Source: Tubiluchus corallicola | Lineage: Eukaryota > Animalia > Priapulida | Length of the DNA stretch: 16,852 nt | Direction: 5' to 3' | Assembly (NCBI GenBank): GCA_030141605.1 | Contig: JAQGDQ010002043.1 | Span: 1-16,852 of the forward strand | Shown here: one piece after another, positions 1 to 9,178 of the stretch | Layout: each line of letters opens with the position of its first letter | Position numbering within the stretch: the first letter of the stretch is position 1 | Notes under the pieces: model-generated | The model's database searches: none | What the model was told of the DNA's origin: nothing | The model's input: the letters and a program-made list of their open reading frames with translations, nothing else | Translations under genes and position numbers: made by a program

Positions 1-423
1 GGGAAGCCCACACTGCATCTCGACACTAGGCGGAGGAGCTGCACAAGCAGCCAATGGTTAGAGGGCAGAGGAGGTCAAGTGACCCAACGGTCATGTGTAG
101 AGGAGTAAACCTTCCAAATCAGGAGTGGAGCCCCGAAGGCGGACCAGTGCAGCATGCTCAGTGACTCTGGCAGCCAACCTGGTGCCAAACGTATCGCTCA
201 GCTTTCCTTTGGACTACACCAGGGAGGAAGAGAGGGGGTTCCTGCGGTCTGGGCAACTCAGGATCTCCGCACACCTTGCCCAGGCGTGCGCCCTGGAGAG
301 GCAGTGGTTCAAGGATCGCACTGCTCAGCCACAGTCGACGCTGCAGCTCCATCACTGTGATCAATAACTGACACTCTTGGCGCACAACCCATTGTCTTCC
401 GAGACAGAAGGTGCCAACCATTA
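1..423 (+). mobile_element. Body of the 5S-headed SINE (head would lie just before the window start), in the left palindrome arm
   Basis: Reverse complement of 5593-6015; only two substitutions noticed. Confidence 0.9.
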
Positions 424-845
424 CATTTTGAGTTAAGCGATGTTTTTTGTAGGAAAAAGAAAGGATTTCATCTTTCCACTGAAATTCTTTTAGTTCGGTG
501 AAAATCCGAGTTGTGCGATTTTGAGTTACGCGGAGTTTAGTGTAATAATCTTCTGCTTTTTCTAGTAAAAGTGCCATTAAATAAACGCTATTTTGCTAAG
601 TGCCTCTTCGTTTAAATTCACTTAACATCTGGTTTTGTTCGCCCAATGGCAAAAGTGTAGAGCAAATGCTGTAATACAATATAGATGTAGGTTTTAAAAG
701 TGCCAAGAATTTATAGTGATACATAAAGTATTAATCAGAATGGCGCCGAAAGTTTCTGCTTTCTGGTTGCCCGTTCTCGTTTATTTGTCCAACTTAGTCA
801 TGACTTTTTGCAGTAGGTGTACTCAATTCTGTCACAACTGCTAGT

Positions 846-1202
846 TAGGGGTGAGCATTCTCTACCAGAAAGCGAATTCGAATTGAGTTTCTGACTTTCA
901 GTATTTCGAATGCGAATCGAATTCGAATTGAGTTTGAAAGATTTTCGAACCAGTTTTCGAACCACTAGTAAAAAGTGGTCTTACAAAGATCATGCATATC
1001 ACTCGATTTTGTTCTGCAGTAAAACTGCCGTTAGTTTGCTAAAAGTTTTGCGCAGAAATTGCAGCTAAATTATACTAAGTGCATAATTTTTCAAACATTT
1101 TAATGATAATGAATTATTCGAATCTATAATTTCAGGTTCAAATCGAATTCGAACTTAAAAAACTCGTTCGAATCGAATTCGAACGTTCGATGCTCACGTT
1201 TA
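846..1202 (+). mobile_element. TTCGAA-rich MITE with TAGGGGTGAGCA termini (mirror copy at 4759-5171)
   Basis: TAGGGGTGAGCAT...ATGCTCACGTTTA, with CTAGT on both sides. Related copies at about 3285-3575 and 15404-15690. Superfamily uncertain (hAT-like termini). Confidence 0.75.
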
Positions 1203-1207
1203 CTAGT

Positions 1208-1296
1208 TAGGGGTAAGCAGCGAACGTTCGAATCGATTTGAATGAGTTTTTGTAATTAGAATTCGTTTTGAACTCAAAATTATTGACTCGAGTAAT
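1208..1296 (-). mobile_element. Older terminal fragment of the TTCGAA-rich MITE, tail-to-tail with the 846-1202 copy
   Basis: Its reverse complement resembles 1113-1202; mirrored at about 4665-4753. Confidence 0.7.
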
Positions 1297-1489
1297 GCAG
1301 CATGTTGATAAATCTGTATAGATATTCCTTATGTTAGGAAGCAGAAGCAGACTACTGAACATCTTTTTTGAATATGAAGCTGTGAATTTAAACAAGTTGG
1401 GCCTATATGTGCAAGATATAAGTGAATGGAGCATAGATAAATTAGTACTGACTAGGATGTATGTTAATGAGTTGTTGAACTTTAAAATA

Positions 1490-2105
1490 CAGGGTGTCTG
1501 TAAAGTCTTTTTAGAGTTTTAAAAATTTATTACAAAGGCAGTTGACAAGATTTGTTAACTAGATTTGTTCTAATGTAATCATGGTTGTCAAAGTTTTTTT
1601 TAACTCATTTAATACACCTCTATAAGGACACTATTAGTTGCACGAAGCACATCAACACGGTACTTGATTTCTTGCCATGTTCGCTGTACCATAGCCTCAT
1701 CAATGGTGGCGATGGCATCAGAAGTCCGTCCTTTGCTTCAAGTCAGTAATGTCTCATATCTTTGTTCGATACACGATGTCTTTCACATAACCCCATGGAT
1801 CTCTTCCATACTTAGTTCTGTAGTTTCGTCATAGCCTCATCAATGGTGGCGATGGCATCAGAAATCCTTTGCTTCAAGTCAGTAATGTCCCGTATCTTTG
1901 TTCGATACACGATGTCTTTCACATAACCCCATGGATCTCTTCCATACTTAGTTCTGTAGTTTCGTCATAGCCTCATCAATGGTGGCGATGGCATCAGAAA
2001 TCCTTTGCTTCAAGTCAGTAATGTCCCGTATCTTTGTTTGATACACGATGTCTTTCACATAACCCCATGGATCTCTTCCATACTTAGTTCTGTAGTTTCG
2101 TCATA
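1490..2105 (-). mobile_element. Truncated inverted copy of the mariner element (right TIR plus three internal repeat units)
   Basis: TA|CAGGGTGTCTGTAAAGTC at 1488-1507; the left end is missing. Confidence 0.88.
1691..2105. repeat. Tandem repeat, 3 x 136-140 bp (2 units in the mirror copy at 4005-4277)
   Basis: Units start with ATAGCCTCATCAATGG at 1691, 1831 and 1967. Confidence 0.93.
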
Positions 2106-2107
2106 AC

Positions 2108-2219
2108 TCATATGGAAGGGAAGACATAAATGAAGAGATGGTCAACAACAGGAATGCGTGGAGAAGACTCATTCACAACGGCGACCCCGCATAGGGACAA
2201 GCTAGCAAGAAGAAGAAGA
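2108..2219 (+). mobile_element. 5'-truncated 3' end of the same RTE family, with (AAG)n tail
   Basis: Near-identical to about 9575-9665 (GAAGAGATGGTCAACAACAGGAATGCGTGGAGAAGACTCATTCACAACGGCGACCCCG). No TSD seen. Confidence 0.88.
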
Positions 2220-2520
2220 TCAAGTGAAAATAGGAGATGCTACAGTTCCGCAGTACCGATACACGAGCTGCCACTGTCACAATGAAAATATTTCATAAAG
2301 TTCTTTCGACGACAGTCAGATTAATTTTGTTAACTTGAAGTCTTCACAAAGACTAAAAAACATACAGATATATTTCTAAACTAATACACAAACATGACTA
2401 AAACAACTATAGTGAATCCTGTGTTATCATGACACTGATATTGATTTTATTAACAGTCTGTTCATAAAATCATATTATACAAATAAATTTTAAAAGTACA
2501 GTATCTTTTACAATTAAAGA

Positions 2521-3052
2521 AATCATGAGACCTGGCCCGAGTGCTGCCATCTGTTGCAGTAAACTGCATTAGTCGATCGTAAAATTAATAGTTCTTCATA
2601 CATACAACAAAGGAATCATGAGACCTGGCCCGAGTGCTGCCATCTGTTGCAGTAAACTGCATTAGTTGATCGTAAAATCAATAGTTTTTTTTATACATAC
2701 ATCAAATGATAACACTTTGTCTGTGACTACTGTTTTAATGCAGCACTTTGCAGTAAATGATATTAACGAGACGAGTGCCGCCATCTGTTGCAGTAAACTG
2801 CATTAGTCAATCGTAAAATTAATAGTTTTTTTATACATACATCAAACGACAGCACTTTGTCTGTGACTACTGTTTTAATGCAGCACTTTGCAGTAAATGA
2901 TATTAACGAGACGAGTGCCGCCATCTGTTGCAGTAAACTGCATTAGTCAATCGTAAAATTAATAGTTTTTTTATACATACATCAAACGACAGCACTTTGT
3001 CTGTGACTACTGTTTTAATGCAGCACTTTGAAGTAAATGATATTAGCGAGAC
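2521..3052. repeat. Compound minisatellite (one 93-bp period, then 140-141-bp units)
   Basis: Core GAGTGCYGCCATCTGTTGCAGTAAACTGCATTAG at 2539, 2632, 2773 and 2913. Confidence 0.93.
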
Positions 3053-3284
3053 AACTCTGACATAAACAAGTAAAAATCTACCAACTTTTAAACATTGCCA
3101 ACAAGTTGCATAAGGCTGTCCTTTATATTTGGTCAAATCGTACACAGAACAAGTAGCGACACCTATCGTGTACCTCGGCAAAGGGTATTCCAACGTAAGC
3201 TTTATCAGACGATGAGCAGCAGCACTTTCTTTCACAAGTCATGCACTTTTTTCTAAACAATCATCAGTCTATTGAAACTAGCAG

Positions 3285-3575
3285 TAAGAGTGAGCATTCC
3301 CTATAAAAAAACGAATTCGAATCGAGTCGAATTTCCGACTTTCGAACTCGAATCAAGCCAAATTCCAAGATTTCGTATCCAAATTCGCGTTCAGTTTTAA
3401 AGATCTGCGAACGAATTTTCAAATCCTAAATTAAAATCTCATAAAGATTAAGATCAAGCATATTACTTGATTTTAGTCTGCAGTAAAAACACTAATGGTT
3501 TGTTTAAAAATTTTGCACACGACAACTAAATTGTGCTGATTGGATGATGTTTCAAACGTTTTAGTGATAAAGAAC
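3285..3575 (+). mobile_element. Diverged partial copy of the TTCGAA-rich MITE
   Basis: TAAGAGTGAGCATTC start; internal similarity to 846-1110 (e.g. CTGCAGTAAAA). Confidence 0.7.
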
Positions 3576-3748
3576 GCATCATGCTACCATGGAAACGCTC
3601 GATCCTCTTTACCAGCAGCGGCGAGCAAACAGACATCAATAAAAACTTTCTGTTTACGAGAACAACAACACGCTCAACTTGTCTTACAAATCATACCAAA
3701 TATCTTTTACGCCAACTTGGCTTTACTGTTCACTCGTCTTTAATTCTA

Positions 3749-4465
3749 CAGGGTGTCTATAAAGTCTCTTTACAATCTTAAAAATTTATTACATCGGCAG
3801 TTGACAAGATATCTTAACAGATTGGTTTTGTTTTATTCATTGTTTATTTAAGTTTGAGATCAAATTAAAATTTTGCGTTTTATGTAGGTCTCCTGTTGAT
3901 AGAAGGGTATTGTTAACTGAAACCCCAAAAATGGGTACCCCTCAAGAGAAGGCACGGTGTATATCATGGTTTATTGAGACAAAATCGTATGTGCAGACTC
4001 AGCAAAACTACAGAACTAAGTATGGAAGAGATCCATGGGGTTATGTGAAAGACGTCATGTATCGAACAAAGATATGAGACATTACTGACTTGAAGCAAAG
4101 GATTTCTGATGCCATCGCCACCATTGATGAGGCTATGACGAAACTACAGAACTAAGTATGGAAGAGATCCATGGGGTTATGTGAAAGACATCGTGTATCG
4201 AACAAAGATACGGGACATTACTGACTTGAAGCAAACGACGGATTTCTGATGCCATCGCCACCATTGATGAGGCTATGCTACAGCGAACATGGCAACAAAT
4301 CGTGTACCGTCTTGATGTGCTTCGTGCAACTAATGGTGTCCTTATAGAGATGTATTAAATGAGCTAAAAAAAACTTTGACAACCACTGATTACATTAGAA
4401 CAAATCTTGTCAACTGCCTTTGTAATAAATTTTTAAAACTCTAAAAAGACTTTACAGACACCCTG
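3749..4465 (+). mobile_element. Internally deleted Tc1/mariner-superfamily element
   Basis: TA|CAGGGTGTCTATAAAGTC...GACTTTACAGACACCCTG|TA. Transposase N-terminus MGTPQEKARCISWFIETKSYVQTQQNYRTKYGRDP (from 3931) is fused to the C-terminal WGYVKD..DLKQRISDAIATIDEAMLQRTW. Confidence 0.9.
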
Positions 4466-6015
4466 TATTTTAAAGTTCAACAACTCATTAACATACATCC
4501 TAGTCAGTACTAATTTATCTATGCTCCATTCACTTATATCTTGCACATATAGGCCCAACTTGTTTAAATTCACAGCTTCATATTCAAAAAAGATGTTCAG
4601 TAGTCTGCTTCTGCTTCTGCTTCCTAACATAAGGAATATCTATACAGATTTATCAACGTGCTGCATTACTCGAGTCAATAATTTTGGGTTCAAAACGAAT
4701 TCTAATTACAAAAACTCATTCAAATCTATTCGAACGTTCGCTGCTTACCCCTAACTAGTAAACGTGAGCATCGAACGTTCGAGTTCGAACGTTCCAATCG
4801 AATTCGAATGTTCGAATTCGATTCGAACGAGTTTTTTAAGTTCGAATTCGATTTGAACCTGAAATTATAGATTCGAATAATTCATTATCATTAAAATGTT
4901 TGAAAAAGTATGCACTTAGTATAATTTAGCTGCAATTTCTGCGCAAAACTTTTAGCAAACTAACGGCAGTTTTACTGCAGAACAAAATCGAGTAATATGC
5001 ATGATCTTTGTAAGACCACTTTTTACTAGCGGTTCGAAAACTGGTTCGAAAATCTTTCAAACTCAATTCGAATTCGATTCGCATTCGAAATACTGAAATT
5101 CAGTTCGATTCGAATTCGAAAGTCAGAAACTCGATTCGAATTCGCTTTCTGGTAGAGAATGCTCACCCCTAACTAGCAGTTGTGACAGAATTGAGTACAC
5201 CTACTGCAAAAAGTCATGACTAAGTTGGACAAATAAACGAGAACGGCCAACCAGAAAGCAGAAACTTTCGGCGCCATTCTGATTAATACTTTATGTATCA
5301 CTATAAATTCTTGGCACTTTTAAAACCTACATCTATATTGTATTACAGCATTTGCTCTACACTTTTGCCATTGGGCGAACAAAACCAGATGTTAAGTGAA
5401 TTTAAACGAAGAGGCACTTAGCAAAATAGCGTTTATTTAATGGCACTTTTACTAGAAAAAGCAGAAGATTATTACACTAAACTCCGCGTAACTCAAAATC
5501 GCACAACTCGGATTTTCACCGAACTAAAAGAATTTCAGTGGAAAGATGAAATCCTTTCTTTTTCCTACAAAAACATCGCTTAACTCAAAATGTAATGGTT
5601 GGCACCTTCTGTCTCGGAAGACAATGGGTTGTGCGCCAAGAGTGTCAGTTATTGATCACATTGATGGAGCTGCAGCGTCGACTGTGGCTGAGCAATGCGA
5701 TCCTTGAACCACTGCCTCTCCAGGGCGCACGCCTGGGCAAGGTGTGCGGAGATCCTGAGTTGCCCAGACCGCAGGAACCCCCTCTCTTCCTCCCTGGTGT
5801 AGTCCAAAGGAAAGCTGAGCGATACGTTTGGCACCAGGTTGGCTGCCAGAGTCACTGAGCATGCTGCACTGGTCCGCCTTCGGGGCTCCACTCCTGATTT
5901 GGAAGGTTTACTCCTCTACACATGACCGTTGGGTCACTTGACCTCCTCTGCCCTCTAACCATTGGCTGCTTGTGCAGCTCCTCCGCCTAGTGTCGAGATG
6001 CAGTGTGGGCTTCCC
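4005..6015. repeat. Right arm of the large inverted duplication
   Basis: Mirrored ORF pairs (125-367/5649-5891, 1207-1434/4521-4754, 1331-1522/4433-4630) and direct sequence comparison. Confidence 0.95.
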
Positions 6016-6137
6016 GCAAGCCTACAGCACCTGGTGTTCCTAGGCTGTCACCCATGCAAGTACTAACCAGGCTCTACGTTGCTTAACTTCGGTGATCAGA
6101 CGAGAACCGGTGTTTTCAACGTGATTTGGCCGTAGTC
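5593..6137 (-). mobile_element. Full-length 5S rRNA-headed SINE (SINE3 type), ~545 bp, with an RTE-like body
   Basis: A 120-nt 5S-like head (6018-6137) runs straight into a ~425-bp body shared with 1-423 and 13849-14280. There is no oligo-T terminator after the head. It is inserted inside a TA-flanked MITE. Confidence 0.9.
6018..6137 (-). pseudogene. 5S rRNA-derived SINE head (120 nt), not a canonical 5S gene
   Basis: Reverse complement GACTACGGCCAAATCACGTTGAAAACACCGGTTCTCGTCTGATCACCGAAGTTAAGCAACGTAGAGCCTGGTTAGTACTTGCATGGGTGACAGCCTAGGAACACCAGGTGCTGTAGGCTT resembles invertebrate 5S. The C box carries a G>C change. Confidence 0.9.
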
Positions 6138-6200
6138 ACAATGCATAACTCAATAAAACATTACGGACCATTTAATCAAAATACATGTAATTTAGTTCAC

Positions 6201-6295
6201 GCAACTCAAAAAAAGCAATTTATACTCTAGAAAAATAAAAAGCAACTCAAAAAAAGCAATTTATACTCTAGAAAAATAAAAAGCAACTCAAAAAC
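6201..6295. repeat. 41-bp tandem repeat, about 2.3 copies
   Basis: GCAACTCAAAAAAAGCAATTTATACTCTAGAAAAATAAAAA at 6201, 6242 and partially at 6283. Confidence 0.9.
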
Positions 6296-6826
6296 AGCCA
6301 CGATCATCCGGGAAAATTCCGATATCTAACACGTCATACCCCCGATTATTTTGTTATTCCTGGTGTAATTGTCATCAAATCTCATCTCGTTTGTGTATGG
6401 AAGAATTGATTTTCTGTCTTTTGTTTAGCTCTGGAACAAGAGTTTAGAGTTTCTATGCTGGAAAATGGTTAACACAAAGCTTTTTGTCTGTGCGGTTGGA
6501 TTCAAATTAAGCGGAGTTTACTGTAACAGGTGCTGTTCGCACAGGTCAAACAAGGAAAGAAAATTACAATGCTGAGCTTCATATTCCAACGCAACACATA
6601 GCAAACCAGCCAAGATGATTTTTACAAAAAAAAAATATAAAAATATCACAAGAGTTATGATATTCTGATTATGACAAATTCAGAAATGACAGATCAGTGA
6701 ATTTACTTATTAATTTTGCTAGTGTGTCATAAGTACAACATGAACATGAAAAACTAGTCAACTGCAACCGTGTTTCTCATAATTCTCGTTCATTAAAAGT
6801 TTAGAAAACCACAATGTATTCATGTA

Positions 6827-7235
6827 CAGTCAACCCTCGTTAAACCGGACTAATTTTCTGGTTTAGCCGATTGTCCGATTTATCCGATATGCCTATATAT
6901 GGTCTATATTATACAGGAATAATCACCTTAATAAGGCCTATATACTGTGCACTATATACTATACTGTATATTACTTTAAAATAGTTAACCTGTGAGGATA
7001 AAGAAATTAGCGAGTGCTTTCGATGGGGTAAGCAAACTGAATTTTGGCGGGAATCGTAGCAGCCTGGGCGGCACCGCGAGCCGCTTCGGCCCGTCACTGG
7101 CTCGTGGAGAGTTGGTAGGCCGTGTTGTGTTTAGCGCTCCGGCTCGGTTGGAAATCGGAGTTTCCTTTACCATGGATGACGCCCGTCTTATCCGATATCC
7201 GGGCTAACGGGGTCCGGTTTAACGAGGGTCGACTG
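6827..7235. mobile_element. pogo/Tigger-like MITE, 409 bp
   Basis: TA|CAGTCAACCCTCGTTAAACCGGAC ... GTCCGGTTTAACGAGGGTCGACTG|TA, TIR match 23/24. Confidence 0.92.
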
Positions 7236-7283
7236 TATTTTGTTCTCAATCACCTGTTCAAACGCAGTGCAAAAATGACTTAA

Positions 7284-7901
7284 AGGACAAGAAAAGAGGC
7301 ACCTGAAGTAGGCTTCAGAAAAATTGTCTTAAAAATGATACTACTTTGCAACAACCTTAAGTGTATATCGTACTCGAGTTGAAGGGATTTTTTGTTTGTT
7401 TTCATTTTAAATCTCCCACAATACTGTTCTGACCGCGCCAATCAGGGGAAGAAAATGTTAAATTAAACGTCCCAAAAAACTTTCAAAGCAAACCTATGTT
7501 ACTCAGCATTTTGCTTACCTGCTGGAAAGACTTGTGCAACTAGAAATAATAATTTAAAAGTTCGTGCCAATTGGTAAAATGTTGCTGACTCACCCTCCAG
7601 GGTGCACCACTCACTAACCAAAAAATGTATTTTTAATCTTATTGACAACATACAGTAATTTTAAATTTAACTTAGTTAGTGACGTTTATGCTATGAATGC
7701 TCTGATTATCTTTTTCAAACTAAACTCAATGTTATCAAAACTTGTTTCGAATGACATGTCATGAAAATGGCTGCGTTTAACAGTCATCACGGGTGCTTAA
7801 GTTTATACAGCGTTACTGCCAACACAAGGGCAGTCCGTAAGTGATATAAAATTTCAAAACATATTTTTAGGCTTTGTGTGACCAGAGGGTTTTCGACTGC
7901 T
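7284..7901. mobile_element. Second, diverged copy of the Kolobok-like MITE in the opposite orientation
   Basis: TTAA|AGGACAAGAAAAGAGGCACCTGAAGTAGG ... GGGTTTTCGACTGCT|TTAA. The interior is the reverse complement of 11517-12154 (e.g. CCTCCAGGGTGCRCCACTCACTARCCAAA). Confidence 0.82.
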
Positions 7902-8133
7902 TTAATGCAATTTTAATGCAACCGCTTAGAAAATAATCGAAAAAATACTCAAAATTCATTATCTTCTGAAACACAAGAGACAGTTAAGATTAAGTTCGGG
8001 GCAATAAAAGGACAACTGCTTAATGTGTTAACTGTGAACAGTACAGTGGTCATGCATAAGTGTAGACTATAAGCATGTGGACATTACGTGCAAACATTCA
8101 AGGAAATTTCATGCAAAAACAATTCTGCTTTCG

Positions 8134-8517
8134 AGCATGTTCAATAACAGCAATGTTCAAACGTGTTCAGTAACAGCCGGTGTTCAAGCATGTTCAATAA
8201 CAGCAATGTTCAAACATGTTCAGTGACAGCCGGTGTTCAAGCATGTTCAATAACAGCAATGTTCAAACGTGTTCAGTAACAGCCGGTGTTCAAGCATGTT
8301 CAGTAACAGCCACGTTCAAACATGTCCAATAACAGCAATGTTCAAACGTGTTCAGCAGCAGCAGTGTTCAAATGTTTTCAGTAACAGCCGTGTTCAAACA
8401 TGTCCAATAACAGCCGGTGTTCAAGCATGTTCAGTAACAGCCACGTTCAAACATGTTCAATAACAGCACTGTTCAAATGTGTTTAATAACAGCAGTGTAC
8501 AAACGTGTTCAGTAACA
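8134..8517. repeat. Minisatellite of 26-27-bp units (53-bp dimer), about 190 bp past the Rab35 stop codon
   Basis: Alternating CATGTTCAATAACAGCAATGTTCAAA and CGTGTTCAGTAACAGCCGGTGTTCAAG. Confidence 0.93.
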
Positions 8518-8707
8518 CCGCTATATTGTTCATTTGCAAGAAGGAAAGCTAGCCATCAGTTCATGATTCAGCAGCAAACTCTTTAGTAAATAATTTGGTT
8601 TAGCATAATTTAACATAAAAATACCATAAATATATACGTGGTCACATGGACACCAAACAATAATGTTAACAATTGGTTCATGTGCTGACACCTATGGGCT
8701 GCAAACG

Positions 8708-8848
8708 CTAGCAACATTTCCTGGACGATTGTTTTTGTCGCTTATTCCTATGTCCTAGGTGTATGGCATCTTTGTTTGCGCTTTGAGCCGCTTGAGCAAG
8801 TTGACTCTTTTTGGAATGAAGTACCAACTTTGTGATGGCATTAAACAT
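8708..8848 (-). CDS. Rab35: Rab35 terminal coding exon: MFNAITKLVLHSKKSQLAQAAQSANKDAIHLGHRNKRQKQSSRKCC*
   Basis: Missing from the ORF track and translated by hand. Acceptor ctttcag at 8849-8850, in frame with the previous exon. Polybasic tail with a CC geranylgeranylation motif; TAG at 8708-8710. Confidence 0.93.
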   Translation of the reverse strand: MFNAITKLVLHSKKSQLAQAAQSANKDAIHLGHRNKRQKQSSRKCC

Positions 8849-9178
8849 CTGAAAGTAAACATGAAATTATTAGAGCACCAACGCGTGAGCAAACTGGAGC
8901 TCGAGCGACGTGAGGGCCGAATAGGCGGGGTATTTTGAAAGCAGGTGAATAGGAGGGTCACGCGCTTGTGTTTCTTCGCGGCCAAGCCACGCCGAAGGTA
9001 GTTATGAAATGGCACGTGACAGGGTTTCGTGAACAAATCTGAAATACACCGAAGTATGCATACTAATGAAAAATTCGTGCCTTTCACGCTACACCGAGAC
9101 ATTCAAGCCAACTGCAGGTATGTTAAATTATAACTGCAATGCGATGACAGATGGAGGAATTACAAGTTTCATTGTTGA

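Larger units (their letters stand above)
1..2105. repeat. Left arm of a large inverted duplication
   Basis: 1-1555 is the reverse complement of about 4400-6015 with roughly 10 substitutions and 4 indels. Similarity continues at lower identity through the mariner remnant. The arm runs off the window start. Confidence 0.95.
5475..6523. mobile_element. Tc1/pogo-like MITE interrupted by the 5S SINE
   Basis: TA|CACTAAACTCCGCGTAA ... TTAAGCGGAGTTTACTG|TA (15/17 TIR match), AACTCAAAA-rich interior. Its left end is mirrored at 424-542. Confidence 0.72.

Noticed and set aside
125-577. ORFs recurring at 125-577, 5595-5891 and 13800-14283, resembling a small gene family
   Set aside because: They are chance frames in the GC-rich SINE body, have non-ATG or differing starts, and show no protein similarity beyond the short RTE remnant.
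1691-3052. CRISPR-like arrays (also 8134-8517)
   Set aside because: The units are contiguous with no unique spacers, the context is eukaryotic, and there are no cas genes.
3195-3260. Minus-strand RKCCC as an alternative Rab35 last exon
   Set aside because: There is no stop after the cysteines and no Rab-like upstream sequence; the true exon is at 8708-8848.
6018-6137. Functional 5S rRNA gene
   Set aside because: It has no oligo-T terminator, has a C-box change, and is fused to the same body in dispersed copies, one of them 5'-truncated.
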